Source: an uncultured virus (IMG/VR IMGVR_UViG_3300022914_000005) (Duplodnaviria > Heunggongvirae > Uroviricota > Caudoviricetes). From it: a stretch of 64,000 nucleotides of DNA. Shown here piece by piece: positions 46,259 through 59,200 of the stretch. The DNA is taken from IMG/VR virus record IMGVR_UViG_3300022914_000005; one strand, written 5' to 3'. A program made the position numbers and the translations under genes. Position 1 is the stretch's first letter, and each line of letters begins with the position of its first letter. The notes below the pieces were generated by a model. That model was not told the DNA's origin and did not search any database. It worked only from the letters and a program-made list of their open reading frames with translations.

Positions 46259-47004
46259 TTCTCTACACCTTTTTGTTGTAGCTTATCGTCAGTAATCGGC
46301 CCGCCGGTCGCCCAGGCAGCACACGTTCTAGCAGAGGCGCATTTGAAGTCAAAGGCTTCACAATACCCAAGCTCGCCGGCGTCGATAGAGTCCCACGGGT
46401 CGGTTGCGCCGTCTGTGCCGCCAAGACCTTCAGCAATACAGTTCTTAACACTGGTTGTTACGTAGAAAAACACGCAATTGCCGCACAGGCTCTTTTTAGC
46501 ATCTTCTGGAGAGACACTCCAGCGATCCGCCATATCTTTCCAGTACATATCGTTTGGCTGCTCTGGGTTGAGTGGCCCGTATTCAGCAACCTCGATCGCG
46601 CGCTGGCGATTCTTGATATTCAAGGCAATATCAGACGTTGCCGGAGGGCACTTACCGTCCTCTACAGCCGCTGTGACCGTGGTCGGATCGCCGTCCTTAT
46701 CGGAAAAATCCTCGACCTTGAGAACTGGAACTCGTTCGCCTTTAACCTGTCTGGTGTCAAAGTATTTGATGAAATCGACGTTCACATACTCGGTGTAGTA
46801 CTTCGGGTCGTCAATTTCATCAAAGAAGTTTTCATCGATTTGAACCCACGAGCCGTTGTCTCTGATGAACGTTCTGCCTTTTTGCTCGCTAGCAAAAACA
46901 AGGTATACTCCGTCATCGACGTCAGAATCGACAACAACGTAGAGGTCGTCTCTGGGGCCGATCGATGTTGGCCACACTGGGACGCTAGCGGTCTTACTTG
47001 CCAT
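46255..47004 (-). CDS. Two-domain head-operon protein with Cys-rich C-terminal domain, 249 aa
   Basis: CPPAT..YGPLNP..CGNCVFF..GYC..FKC..RTCAAW. Confidence 0.75.
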   Translation of the reverse strand: MASKTASVPVWPTSIGPRDDLYVVVDSDVDDGVYLVFASEQKGRTFIRDNGSWVQIDENFFDEIDDPKYYTEYVNVDFIKYFDTRQVKGERVPVLKVEDFSDKDGDPTTVTAAVEDGKCPPATSDIALNIKNRQRAIEVAEYGPLNPEQPNDMYWKDMADRWSVSPEDAKKSLCGNCVFFYVTTSVKNCIAEGLGGTDGATDPWDSIDAGELGYCEAFDFKCASARTCAAWATGGPITDDKLQQKGVEK

Positions 47005-47009
47005 AGCAG

Positions 47010-47282
47010 TCAGTCTCTCATCTCATCAGACGGGTTTACCGAATCATCGGAAGCGCGTTCAACTGTCATTCTATACTGTACTCCACGACTCGAGAATGAT
47101 ATTTCGCCATTTTCAAAGTCACTAAGAGGTTCTGACAGCGGTAGAACCTTATATTTGTCAAAGCTACTTAGCTGAATTGCCGGATTTTCATCATTGAAGA
47201 CAAGTGCAGAATTCCAATATTGGACCCTGTTCGTGTATTCTCCAGTCAACTCTTTTATCGTGATTCCAGTGTATTCAATCAT
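47010..47282 (-). CDS. Hypothetical protein, 90 aa, immediately downstream of the giant ORF
   Basis: Starts 3 nt after the giant ORF stop and fills the operon gap. Confidence 0.65.
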   Translation of the reverse strand: MIEYTGITIKELTGEYTNRVQYWNSALVFNDENPAIQLSSFDKYKVLPLSEPLSDFENGEISFSSRGVQYRMTVERASDDSVNPSDEMRD

Positions 47283-47285
47283 AGT

Positions 47286-50200
47286 TTAATAAATCCGCTC
47301 GAACAATACAAAGAAGTCTTCAACAGGCACTCCGTTTATTTCAGATATACCACGAGCTTCTAGACTCACGAGTATATTTTCACGCACTTGCGTTCCTACG
47401 TGCACTTTCTTAATAGCAGAAGGCGATATCGCGCCTTTAACAAGAATCTCGTACGCGTCGAATGAAGTCATTTCATTGTACGGATCTCTCTCCGACCGAG
47501 CGCCAAATCTGTCAGTCTCGTTTGCCCATATGTCTAACCGACTGAGAATGACGTCTGGATCAAGTTCAAACGCGTAGTTTGTAGTCGAGTACGTCGATGT
47601 CGGGTCCATTTGAATAGATCTCGGGGTAGCTCTAGAAATGTACGCGTATTCAGCAGAGCCAGTTCCGTAGTCGGCGTACGACGACTGGCCTTCGATGCCT
47701 ATGCCGGAATCAAATCTCTTTCTAGAACTGACAATGCCAGGTACTCCCGCGCCTATATCATCTGGCTCACTAAGCCCGAGCACTCGAAGAACTACCTTTG
47801 CGGCGGCCTCGCTCTCAGTTATCCAAGAGTCATCAAAAGTCTCTGAATAGGACGCTGGAAGATTGCCAGCGTGCCAGAACGACTCGCCGCCTCCAAGCGC
47901 GATTCTTTTCCTTAGAGCGTCGACAAGCTCTTGAGAGTGTCGAATCTCGACCTTGCCGGTTGCAGGATCTGTTGCTACAGTGTAGTCAAAAAGACTCGGA
48001 TACAACTGCCGCAGCTCTTGAACTATTCTATCTCTATTTGCCCCCGAGGTCGTGAACGCCGGGTTGTTGTAGTTGCCTTCTGAACTAAGAACGCTAATCG
48101 CTCTATTTTCTACAAGGAGCTCGATGTCCTGCTCTGTTGCCGGTCTTGGGTCGCGAACGCCGGCTACTTTCATTGCTAGTTCAACGACTTCACTTGAGGG
48201 ATTGTCGTCGTCAAAAAGAATACGAACTCTGTTTACGTCTGCAATAAGATTGTCAGATCCGCCCTGGACAGCTCCACCTTCTTCATTGTACAGCCCCGTG
48301 TATGGACTACTGTATGAGCTGCCAGAAGAGGTTGTTGCAATTCTTATTGAAAAACCATCTCCTTGATACACGAGCTCTTGCATAGATCTATCAAGGTAGA
48401 GTCTTCCGTTACCGTCTTCTTTTCTAATGTCATTTGACTCGCCTACATACTTTACGCCGTTGTCGTCGACTTGAATAAAAGTGTTGTATAGCGCGTAACC
48501 GATCACGGTGTTTCTCATACGATCAGTGCCAGTTGAAGTGCTAACTGACCACCCGGAGTCATCGTCTCTAGCCCGCTGTTTAGCGACAGCAGTAAGTCTT
48601 TCAGCAGCCCAGGCGGTAAGTTTGAATGACATTTGTGTCTTAACTTTGTCGCTAAAGTTGCGCTTGACTCGAGATATCTCCACCTCACCGTCTTCTATGT
48701 CTGAACCATCAAACAATGTAGAAGTTGCTATCGACTTCTTGTCAGCAGAGTTGGCTATACTAATAGCTTCAGTCATAGACGGTACGTCGTCAAACGCCGA
48801 GCTCGTTAACGGAAGAACGTCTACGTCTTCTCTAAGCTCTCTCCCTGGCCCGAGGAATCGTGACGCGGCCACCCGCGCCGCTAGTGCCGGGTCTGACATA
48901 AACAGTTTTGAGACCTTTCTAGCCGCTTCTGGGTTGTCAGCCATTATTCGTTTAATGGATTCGATGCTCTCGCGAAGAGTAGTGGCGACAGCAACCCACG
49001 AATCTTTCCCGCCGACTGCGTTCTTTCCAATTGATGACTGATTCTTCTTACTAATTGTCCAGTCGTCTTTTACCTCGATGTCTTTAAATCTGCCGTTAAT
49101 AAGAGCGTTCTTAAACTCTCCTAGTACAGCACGAACTTCAGGATCTGTCGCTTCTCCTATTGCAGCATGAAGATATATTGAAGCCCCAACTACGTCGCCT
49201 TGACTAATCATCGCGAGGGTCTGAGTTTCAATAGCCCCGTTGTACGGCTTAGCGTCTCCATCAGGAGTATCAGGTCTTCTATTATAGTTGATATCGACCG
49301 CCGCCACTCGCGCAAAATTAAGAATATCGCGGATGCGAGCGAGCTCGCCTAAGTACCCTCTCTCGCTCTTGTCAATTTCTGAAGAGTACGCGTGCCTAAC
49401 AGCAGCCACTACAGCCATAGTGTTGCCCATAACTGTCTCAGGAATGCCTTGCTCATCAAAAATCTGTCTATATTCTTTTGCAAGGACCTCAGAAATTTCA
49501 TCTACCTCAAAAGGATCTTCGTTGCTGTAGTCCGTGAAATTCTTAGACATCTTTGCAGTCTCGGCGCGCGCGCGGAGTGCTTCTGAGTGTCTTTCCAAAA
49601 GCTCTGGCATGAATTCGTCGAGAGACGGGTGTAGCTCGCCGGTTCCGACCATGCGTAGGAGCTCATCAGCGGTGAAGAATTTAATTTCTGACGTCTCGTT
49701 ATCGCTGATTTTCGCGCTCTTCGCGTCTTCAGCAGAAACTGTGAAGCCAACTGTAGAGTACCGCCAGTCCTGCGTGACATCGTTCTCATGTATGAAGTCG
49801 GGGACTGTCAACGCGTTGATAGAAATTCCAATTTCCTCTGCGGTCTCTTCAATCGCGGTTGTTCTAGGGTCTTCTGCATTTCTTCTGTTTCTATGCGCTC
49901 CACCAGGCAGACCCCACTTCCCCCCTCCTCCTGGGATCCACGTTGCTCTTTTGCCAAGAACGTACTTAACTTCTCCATCATCGTCAACAAACGAGATTAG
50001 CGCGCCGCCGGCGCCGTATCTTCCCCAAAATCTTTGCTTCTCCGCCGAGAAGAAATAACCTTCGCCAGCGCTATCTGCTCCACCGTCACCCATCGGTATA
50101 AACATTGGTAGTAGAACATCGGGATCGTCAACGTTGACGTCGTATCTATCTATAAACGACTCCGCCACCCAGACATCGTCGTCTATCTGACTAAATTCTA

Positions 50201-53200
50201 CTCCCTTGTACGTAGCTTTTTGGAGAGGGTAGATACTCTTCTGATTTGATATTTCTCCAGAAGAATTAATGTTCTGCTCAACCCACTCGGGATCAGCATC
50301 CTCGATGTACTTTCTCCATTTACCACTTTCTACTTTGGCTTTGAGATCACCTTCAATGAAGTAAAAGACCTTGTTGGTCTGAGGAGTAGTCAACCTTCCT
50401 TCATAGTCTGGCAATATTCCAGCGTTGTCGTACGTCTCTTCAAGTTGCGAATTAAGCACTCGACTCCACGCGATGTGATGCGGGCTGCCGACACGAAATG
50501 GATTGAGACTCTCTAGCGCTTTGACAACTATTTCCCGAGTCGGTCTAGGGTGACGAGCATCTACGAGATTTGCGTCAAGCCACTCGTCTGATGCGATTGA
50601 GTAATAGTCGCGGGCAAGTTCTTTGCTCGGGCTTTCTGAGTACGTATCGTGTTTTTCCGAGACTGCCTTTGCGATATTCTCGATAAAGAGCTGTACTTTT
50701 TGCTCGGTGAAATCAGACTGGGACTTTCCCTGCTCTTCTCTCTGACTATCTATTATTCTCAACGCTGAAATTCGGTACGAAGCATCTTCTACTGACCCTG
50801 GCTCAAACCCTGCACCTTCAATAATGGCACGTTCAGAATCTGAGAACTCGCCGGCATCAGAGTCATCACCATCGACCGGGCTATCTACATCGGAAGTTTC
50901 TGTATCTTGAGTGTTTTCTTCGAGAGATTTAACTTTTTCTTCTAAAGATTCAGATTTCTGCGACTTCACGAGCTTAACGTAGTACGAGCCGTCTCCGCGA
51001 TCTTCGACTGAGTCTACTTTGAACGAGCCGTACGCGATAACCTCTCCCTCATCCCATGTCGATAGTTCGCTTACATCTACTCCAATTGCATCTTCTCCAT
51101 CGACTTCTAGAATGATGTCTCCGAATTCTTCTGATGTTTCTACGTCCTTTGAAAAAGATCGAGGCGGGATAGTAACTGTAGATCCTTCTGTTATGAAGTC
51201 CTCAGTGCTCTCATTGTTGACAATCCCTCTGTACATTTTTCCACTGTAGGGAGAAGACTCTGAAAGTCGCGTAAGTAGACGAAAGAAAGCGCCAGCAACT
51301 GATGGCTCTTCTCCGCCTATCTGTTCTTCTCCTTGTACTAGTTTTAATTGTGATCTAAGAAGATCTCCATACGACACTGGAAGTTTGTTTTCTTGAGCAA
51401 ACTTAACAACGTCTTTCATCGAGCTAGGCTTGTCAATCTTGCTAAGCGCTCCCCCTAGATAGCGCTCCGTCGTGCCGTACCCGTCTAAAATTCCGCCGTC
51501 AAAGAATGTTAGAAACGCGACTAAGGCTCTTAGAGCTTCTTTCTTCTTTACGTCGTCAGATTCTGCAAACTCTATGCGTTCCGATACTACGTCCTTAAGA
51601 CCAATATTGTCGTCGTCTTGTAGAGCATTGGATAAGACGTCGACTAGATCGTCTAAGTACTCATTCTCTTCTTTTGAATTATTTTCTAGATACTCTTCTA
51701 ACAGCGAGATAGTTCTGTCTGCAACATCTCTAGACTGTAAGAATCCGGCCAACTCAAATTCGGATGTAAGCTCATCGTCATCGCTGTACAGAACATCATC
51801 TGGCTCGAAATTCTTAATTTTTTCAGATACTTCAGATTCAGCATCGACTGTTGGAGAATCTACAAGGTCGCTGATGTCGTAGTCTTCGTCTAGGACTATC
51901 ACCTCGTGGTATTTGCCATTGCGCGTCACATGGACTGCTGCAATTCTCTCAACGGGGACTAACTCCTCGACAACGTTGTCACCAAACTGCTCTACAAACT
52001 CTCTTGTAGTCGCCCAGTTTGTTGTCGACTTCTTTTTCTGAGCACCGACAGCGCGAAACAACGGAACGGTGTCACCATACTGCGAACGAAGAGCTTCTCT
52101 AGTCGCCTTAAAGGCGTCGTAAAAATCTTGTGGCGATGTTTCTGGATCATCGCCGTCCATAATTTTGTCTACGTCTGTATCAGCATTGAAAAATACTCCG
52201 GAGGCAGCACTCTTTATTGCCGTGTACACTCCTTTATTTTTGAACAGATCTTTGTATGCGGCCAAGTTAGTTTCTGGAGAAAGAGTGCTCAGCCTTTCAG
52301 CAGCATCAGCGACGTCTTCTACTGATGCTTTTGCGTCTTTTCTTCTATCGAAACGTAGCTCATTTATTCTTTTTGATAACGCGACGTACTCTTCGGCTTC
52401 TTCCCTTGTTAGTCCACCTTTGGCCTCAAAGACTTTGATTCTTTCTTTAAGCTGCTTTTCCTCAGCGAGAGCGTCGTTGTTTGGCGCCCCCTCAGGGGCG
52501 TCAACTTTTGGGGAATCACCAACAACTGCAATAGCGTCGGATCGACGTATTGTTGTTTCAAAGCCACTCGGTGGACTAATCGTAATGAACGTATCGTCTG
52601 GCGACGTCTGACCAATTTCTTCTCGAAGAAGATCTTTGATCGTCTCATCGTCTGCCGTATACTCCGGATTCTCAGAATCTCGTAAAGCTTCTGTGATGTT
52701 TTTTGAAGCTTGCGCCACGTCGGTACCAGGAGACTCAGGACGATCAGACTCCTCGCCTGTCCAGGCGTCATCTCTTCTATTGTCCTCGACGTTTTCACGA
52801 AGAGCCTCTGTAGTTCCGGCTGGCGCTTCGCCCGAGTCCCCGCTGTCGTCTGGCTTTGGAGACGGCGGCTCGACACCCATCGGACCTTCACCGTCATCGT
52901 CGCCCATCTTACGAAGTTCTTCGAGCTGCGAGTCAAGGTTCTTCGGCTTCTTGCCTTCAGGAACCTTACCGCTGTCAATCCACGGCGAGTTGTCGTCGCC
53001 GTCCTTGATTACTGTAAGCGCAGTTGTGCCTTTACTGTCGATGTACTTCTTAGGACCATAGCTCTTCTTCGCTTTTTCACCAAGCTTGTCTGGGTCGCGA
53101 TGATCAATGTCCTTAAGAATGTAGACATTGACGTATCCGCCACTTTCGTTGTACCGAACAACTGTGCCGGCATAGCCCCACTTATCTCGAACTCGCATCC

Positions 53201-56200
53201 CAGGCTTGATGAACACGCCGTCCTTACTAAACCCAAGACCGCTACCCTCTGGCGGAAGACCCTTGCCAATCTCAGCAGGTCCATACACCGAGCCGTCAAG
53301 AATTCTTCTTGCGTCACGCACTGATCCGTGCGCAAAGTCGTAGTCGAGCTTTGTCTTGCCAGTCGAGGTAGAGAACTCGTCAAGCCCGTCCTCCTCGTTG
53401 CGCAAACGAGATACTGCCTCGCTGAGAGAAATCTTCCCGTCGGTGTAGTCTGAAATCGCGTCAATCGCTCTTTGAAGAGCGTCCTTGAACTTCTTACCAG
53501 TTGAGCCCTTGCTATAGATATCGTCCTTAACCATCTCAAGGTCGTCTGTGGCTTCTGACAAGTCGTCGCCGAATGTCTTCTGGGTCTTAGGATCAAACGC
53601 GACTTCTTCAATGATTGCGCCAGATGTGTCAACCGGAGCCTCGTCTGGAGAAGGAGGCGGCAGCGGCATGTCACCTTCGAGAGCCTCAGGAGACTCCGGA
53701 GTCCCGCCTGGCGCGACTTCGTCACGTGTCTCAGCAACTTCTTCGCTCGCTGAGAGTCTTGAGTCAACGACCTCGCCAACGCGTTCGTTGTACATCTCGA
53801 CGATTTCTTCTTGAGTCGGGGCAGTCCCGATTGACTGACCGTCAACCCACGCTTCCCAGGTGTCTGAGAACATCTGTCGAATGTAGCTATTTTCGCTTCC
53901 GACAGCGTCAAGCTCGCCTTCACCGAGATCTTCAAGATTGTACTTCGCTACTTCAGCGGCGCGACGCTCTGGGTCGATCTCCACGGGTACTGGCGGAGCT
54001 TCTGGAGCTTCTGGAGCTTCTGGGACATCAGCCTCAGGAGCGCTAGGCAGATTGGGCGACTCGTCTGCTTCAGTTGTATATCCGTAGATGTACTCAAGAG
54101 AGCCTGGATCAAGTTGTTTCTGCGCGCGTGTAACAGCAACGTACGCAAGACGCAGCTCTTCATCCGCTGGCATAATTGTTGCGCCAGTTTCGCCGTCGAC
54201 TCTTGGTCCTCTGAAGTCATCGCCAATACGAACACGATCCCACTCGAGACCTTTAGCTCTGTGCGCCGTGCTAACTACGACGTCAGGTCTGTCCGCTGAT
54301 CCGTCGCCAGCAAGCTTCGAGCGAAGCTCATTCAATGTCCGCGCGCGGTTGTCGTCGCCCTTGATTGAGCGCACCCAGCTCTTGTCAGCGGCGTTCCACT
54401 TAAATCCGAGAGCCTTGATCGACTCTTTAGTGTCAAATGTTTTTCCGGAGAGTTTTACTCTGTCTCCAGAAACCTCGAACATAACGCCATTAGCAACTTC
54501 GCCAGACGAACCGCTCGCAACTTCTGATGGCATAAGCGGCGGCGCGCTCGGAAGCTCGTCAGATGACACGTCAGCGTTAGTAGTGTACGGGATTAGACGA
54601 CCTAGCATGTCGTACAGTCCGTCGACGCCTTCGCTGTCTACAAGATCGACAAGAAATTCCAGCTTCTTATTGTCTTCGTCTTCGAGAGACTTGACAACTT
54701 CATCCCACGACGAGAACGGCGCAAGATCTTCGTGCATCTGCGGTCGATCGTCTAGTCTTGCCCCAGACTTCAACCAATCAGCGTGGCGAACAAATCTCTC
54801 TAGGTCTTCTTTAAACGACTTAGTTACACCGACTTTTCTTCCAGCCTCGAGCTCTCTGTAGATTTCTCGAACTGCGCCGGCGTTTGAGCGAACAAGAACC
54901 GCGTCAGCATCGGGCATGCCCCCTCTCGGGAGGATCTTGCCGTCTGGGCCGCCGCCTTCGATTCTGTAGTCCGAACCAAGAGCTGCTAAGAACCTGTTAC
55001 CGATTCCGGCTATCTGCGGGCCGAATCTCCAAGACTTTGTTAATGGCAGATCATTCGGAGCACTGATTTTTTGTAGCTCGTCTTCAGCACCGCGGAAACC
55101 GTAGATCGCTTGATTACCGTCTCCAACGTACACAACCTGCGCGGTCTGATCTGCAATGACCTTTCCGATTACAGGGTTGATGTCCTGTGCTTCGTCAAAG
55201 AAGATGACATCGGCTTTGTAGTCAAGTCCGGAGCCGTCGGCAGATAGATCAGGGCGAGACAACGCCCAGATCTTCGTCGCGTGGTTGTTGTTGAACGGAA
55301 GAACGCCACTCGGGCTCTTAAGATCGTCCCAAATTTCTCCGGCCTTAGCAATCCATTCGTCTGGGACGTTGTCAAACTCGAAGTGCTGAGGGCCAATCTC
55401 ATCATCGGCGCTAATCGTATAGTTTGTGACCGCCTTATTGATCGCGCGATACACCTGAGTAGCCGTCATGTCCTTGTCTGGCTCGTCTGGGCTTGGCTGC
55501 CCAGTTATTCCGAGGTCATTGGCAAGTTTACTTGGCTTGTTGTTGAAGCGGTTTTTCTTACGCTTGTCTGTGAGACTCGAGCCAATTGCTCTCCACGCGA
55601 TTGAGTCGCCAGTACGTGACTCAACGTTGCCTGGCATTGTCGCATCAGCCTCGAGCTGAATTGACTTGTTGAACGCGACGTACGCTATTCTCTTCTTAGG
55701 CTGCTCTTTCTTCAAGCGCCTTGCAATAAGCTTAAGAGTGCTCGTCTTACCAGTCCCGGCAAGAGCACGAACAACAACATTTTCACCAGTAAGCACGGCG
55801 TCAACAACATCGCGCTGTTGAGCCGTCGGTGGGAACTTCTCGTCAGCGTAGGGATCCTTGACGTTTACGCCATCTTTCTCAGGACGCTCAACAACTCCGT
55901 CATCAAGAGCATCTGCCATTGAGACGTTGCTGTCTGTTGCGCCGCCAGGTACGCCTTCGGGGTCTACAATCGACTCGTCTGGAGTCGCATTGTTGATCAT
56001 GTCGTCTGGGTCTGGCACGTCGCACGGGCCTTCTCCATCACCGACTGCCGCTGTGATGCCGGCGCCGCCGCAGTTCCACGCGGCCGCTACGGCCTTAGCG
56101 GCTTCGTAGTCAGCGAGCTCGTCCTTGTACACCGACATTGCAGCGTCGTACTCTGCGCGGTCTTGGGCGATCTTTTCAGCCTCACGGCCATCGAACGACT

Positions 56201-59200
56201 CTGTAGAAACGTCAGCATCAGGCGCCGATGCGCGGGTTAGCATCGCGTCAGTAATGTCCCAGGCGGCTTCGGCATCAGCGTCAGCGCGGTGCCAGTTGCC
56301 GAGCTCTACACCGAGGTACTCAGCGACAGGGCCGAGGCTGTTCGACGAACGCCTCTTGCCGTCGCGGCCTACCTGCGAAGGACCGTCTGGAGAGCCAGAC
56401 GACCACGTTGGCAGAGTCCCTCTTGCCATTGGCAGAGAATCAATAGTTCCACCAATCTCGAGTTCGAGGCCCTGCTCGCCTAGAGTACGCTGTAGTACTT
56501 CAGTATCAAACGGAACGTTCTGTCCGCCAAGAATCGGACGATCTCCAACAAACTCGATGAATCGCTCGTGCGCCTCGCGCATTGATGGCTGAGTCTCTAG
56601 CCACTCGTCGGTGACAAGCTCCCCGTCCTCGCGCTTTAGATTCTCTTTTGACCAATCCGAGAGTCTAAACTCTGGATTCATGTACATGTTGAATCTATCG
56701 ACGACCTCGCCGTTGACAATTCGAACAGCACCGATCTGCACAGGACGGTTGAGTTCGCCGTCTCCAATGCCAGTTGTCTCATAGTCAAAGTAGACGATCT
56801 CAGTTCCGCGAATGATCTCCGCGACTTCTTCCCAGCTCTCTGCGCCCTCAAGAAGATCTCGCATGTCGCCACTGAACGTCTCTTGACTTCTAGGCGAGTA
56901 CGGTCTCTTTGGTCGATGAAGCGCGGGCTTATCGCCCTTTGGAGGTGTCGTACCGCCGCGGCTAACTTCAATCTCAGTGTCTTCGTTCCACTCCTTGCGC
57001 TGAGACTCGTGGCCAGGGTAGTATCCTTGAATACTTACCTTGCCTTTTGGAGTTTCGGAATCGCGGAAAACTTTTTCGACGACAAATGAATCAGTCGCGG
57101 TAATGTCGCCTGGCACTAGGTCCTGCGCCTGGTAGCCCATCGCGTCAGTGAGCGGCTCTGGATCTGGGAAAAGATCGGGATCGTCTTGGCCTTCTTGAAT
57201 CCCGAAGCGATCAAGAATCGACTGGCGACGAGCCTTCAAGCGCTCCTTAAGAAGAGCGGCATCATCTGGATCCGAGACAATTGAATCTACTGTTTCGTCA
57301 ATCTGCGACGGAGTGATGTCACGAAGTCTCTTCGCGGCAGCCTGCAATGTTGCATCATCGATATCGCCAAAGACTGACGCCGCCTGCGGATTTAGATCTG
57401 GGTCGCGAAGAGTGTCGAGCTCTGTTACGTTGTTGCCAAACGCCGAGCCTTTCTCAGCGCCACGAGCACGATACATCAACGAGCCGCCTGGGTCGAGACG
57501 CACCGGGTCTCCATTGCCGTCTGTGACGATGTTGTCATAGACCAGCCCAACGCTGTCCCAGTTTGCTAGCCAGGCGTCAGCAACAAATCCTTGACGGACC
57601 TTGTCGAGATACTCAGTGTCTCCACCGTCGACCCTAAACTCAAAGTCACCGGTGTCGGCGTCTTCAATTAATGTAGAGACGATTCTTGTGTCGCCATCTT
57701 CACGACCGAGGCGAACACGTGCTGCCGGCACTCCGAGCATCTCGTAGAATGCGGATGCAAGAACTTCGTTCTCCGCGTGAGACTGCGATCTCGGCGACTT
57801 GACGTAGTATCTTCTGCCATCGGGAGTCTCATAGAACCCACCCGGGTTCGATCCCGCCTGGCCGCCAGTGCGAGACCATGTTTCAATGTCGTCGGCGTCT
57901 GGATCGTACGCTGTAGCAGCAGACGGCGCTTCAGGCGCCGCCGCATCGGCTCTACGAACTTGAACAATAGTCTCAACACCAAACTCATTACTCTGCTCGC
58001 GGACAGACACTACCTGTAGCTCTCCGAAGCCGATCCATTCCTGCTCGTCTGGGACAAACGACATGTCTGACACGTTAAGGCTGTCAATCTCGCCTGGTGG
58101 CACCTCAAGAACAATTCTACGCTCATTCACGCCGGTGGGGAAGAACAGACGACTCATTAGAGAGCCATCGGCAATCTCCTGCGCAGTGAATGGGCGAGCA
58201 TCCATAGAAAACGTCGAACCCTCAGTCAGAAGAGTCTCGATCTCCGGATTATCTTTGTGAATGTTAAGGACTCTATAGAGTGGCCGATTATTCGGTGACG
58301 CGGCGGAAGAAACAATTCTGTAGAACGCGGCAGCGGTAGTGTCCGCCGACAGATCGTCAGAGCCAGACGAAATTGCTTTCTTACCATTGATGTAGTCGGC
58401 GTACTGGCCGTACTCTTCGATCATCTCGTAGTACGCGTCTTCTGCTATTGATGCAATGTCACCGTCTACTCCGTCTCTCTCAAGAATATTGCTGATAGCA
58501 CCGAGCATTCGCATTCTTGAGTCTTCGGGGGAGATTACGTCTGGTTCAGCGAGATCTCCGCCGTCTCCACCGTCAATAGACATGACGATACCCCAGAACG
58601 CTCTGAACGCTTCGCGATCTGCTGGGTCGTCGGACTTCGATAGTGGGTAGAATCTTTCAAACGCTTCATCAAACGACAAAACCGGATCGTCGCTGCGGCC
58701 GAAGATAATTTGATCCGCGATTTCTTTGATCTTTGGATTTGTTTCTTCGTGAGAGCGCATAAGCTCAACAGCGCGTTGCGCTCGCTCGTTGTCTAAGCTC
58801 TGCCCAGTTCGCTGAGCTTTCTGCGCCGTGACTCTGTCGGCCTCGCCTTGCGTCTGAGGTATTTCGGAGCGTGCCGGGCTGTACTCAGGCGAATCAAACA
58901 TGTCGCCTTTAAACTCTTGTAGTCTTTCGACGTTGCTGACACGGTTAGGGTCATCAAACGCCGAGTCGTAGATGCCCGCAAGAATTATGTCGGCATCGAC
59001 ACCTGACATTTGAAGCGCTTCATAGAGCGCCTCAGCAGGCACAGTTTCATCTCCGTCTGAGAACTCAAGATTGCCGAGACCTTCAGCACGGTCCCCACTC
59101 TCGCTAGGCATGACAGCTTCGCGCAGAGCCTTGGCAAGCTCTTCCTGCGAAAATCTTGTCGAAAGCTCAGAAGGATCGTCTGTGTAGTCTTCGCTTGTCT

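Noticed and set aside
56960..57140. QAQDLVPGD in the giant protein as an intein/Hint motif
   Set aside because: No N-terminal Cys block or HN-C/S/T terminus; more likely a small SH3-like barrel.
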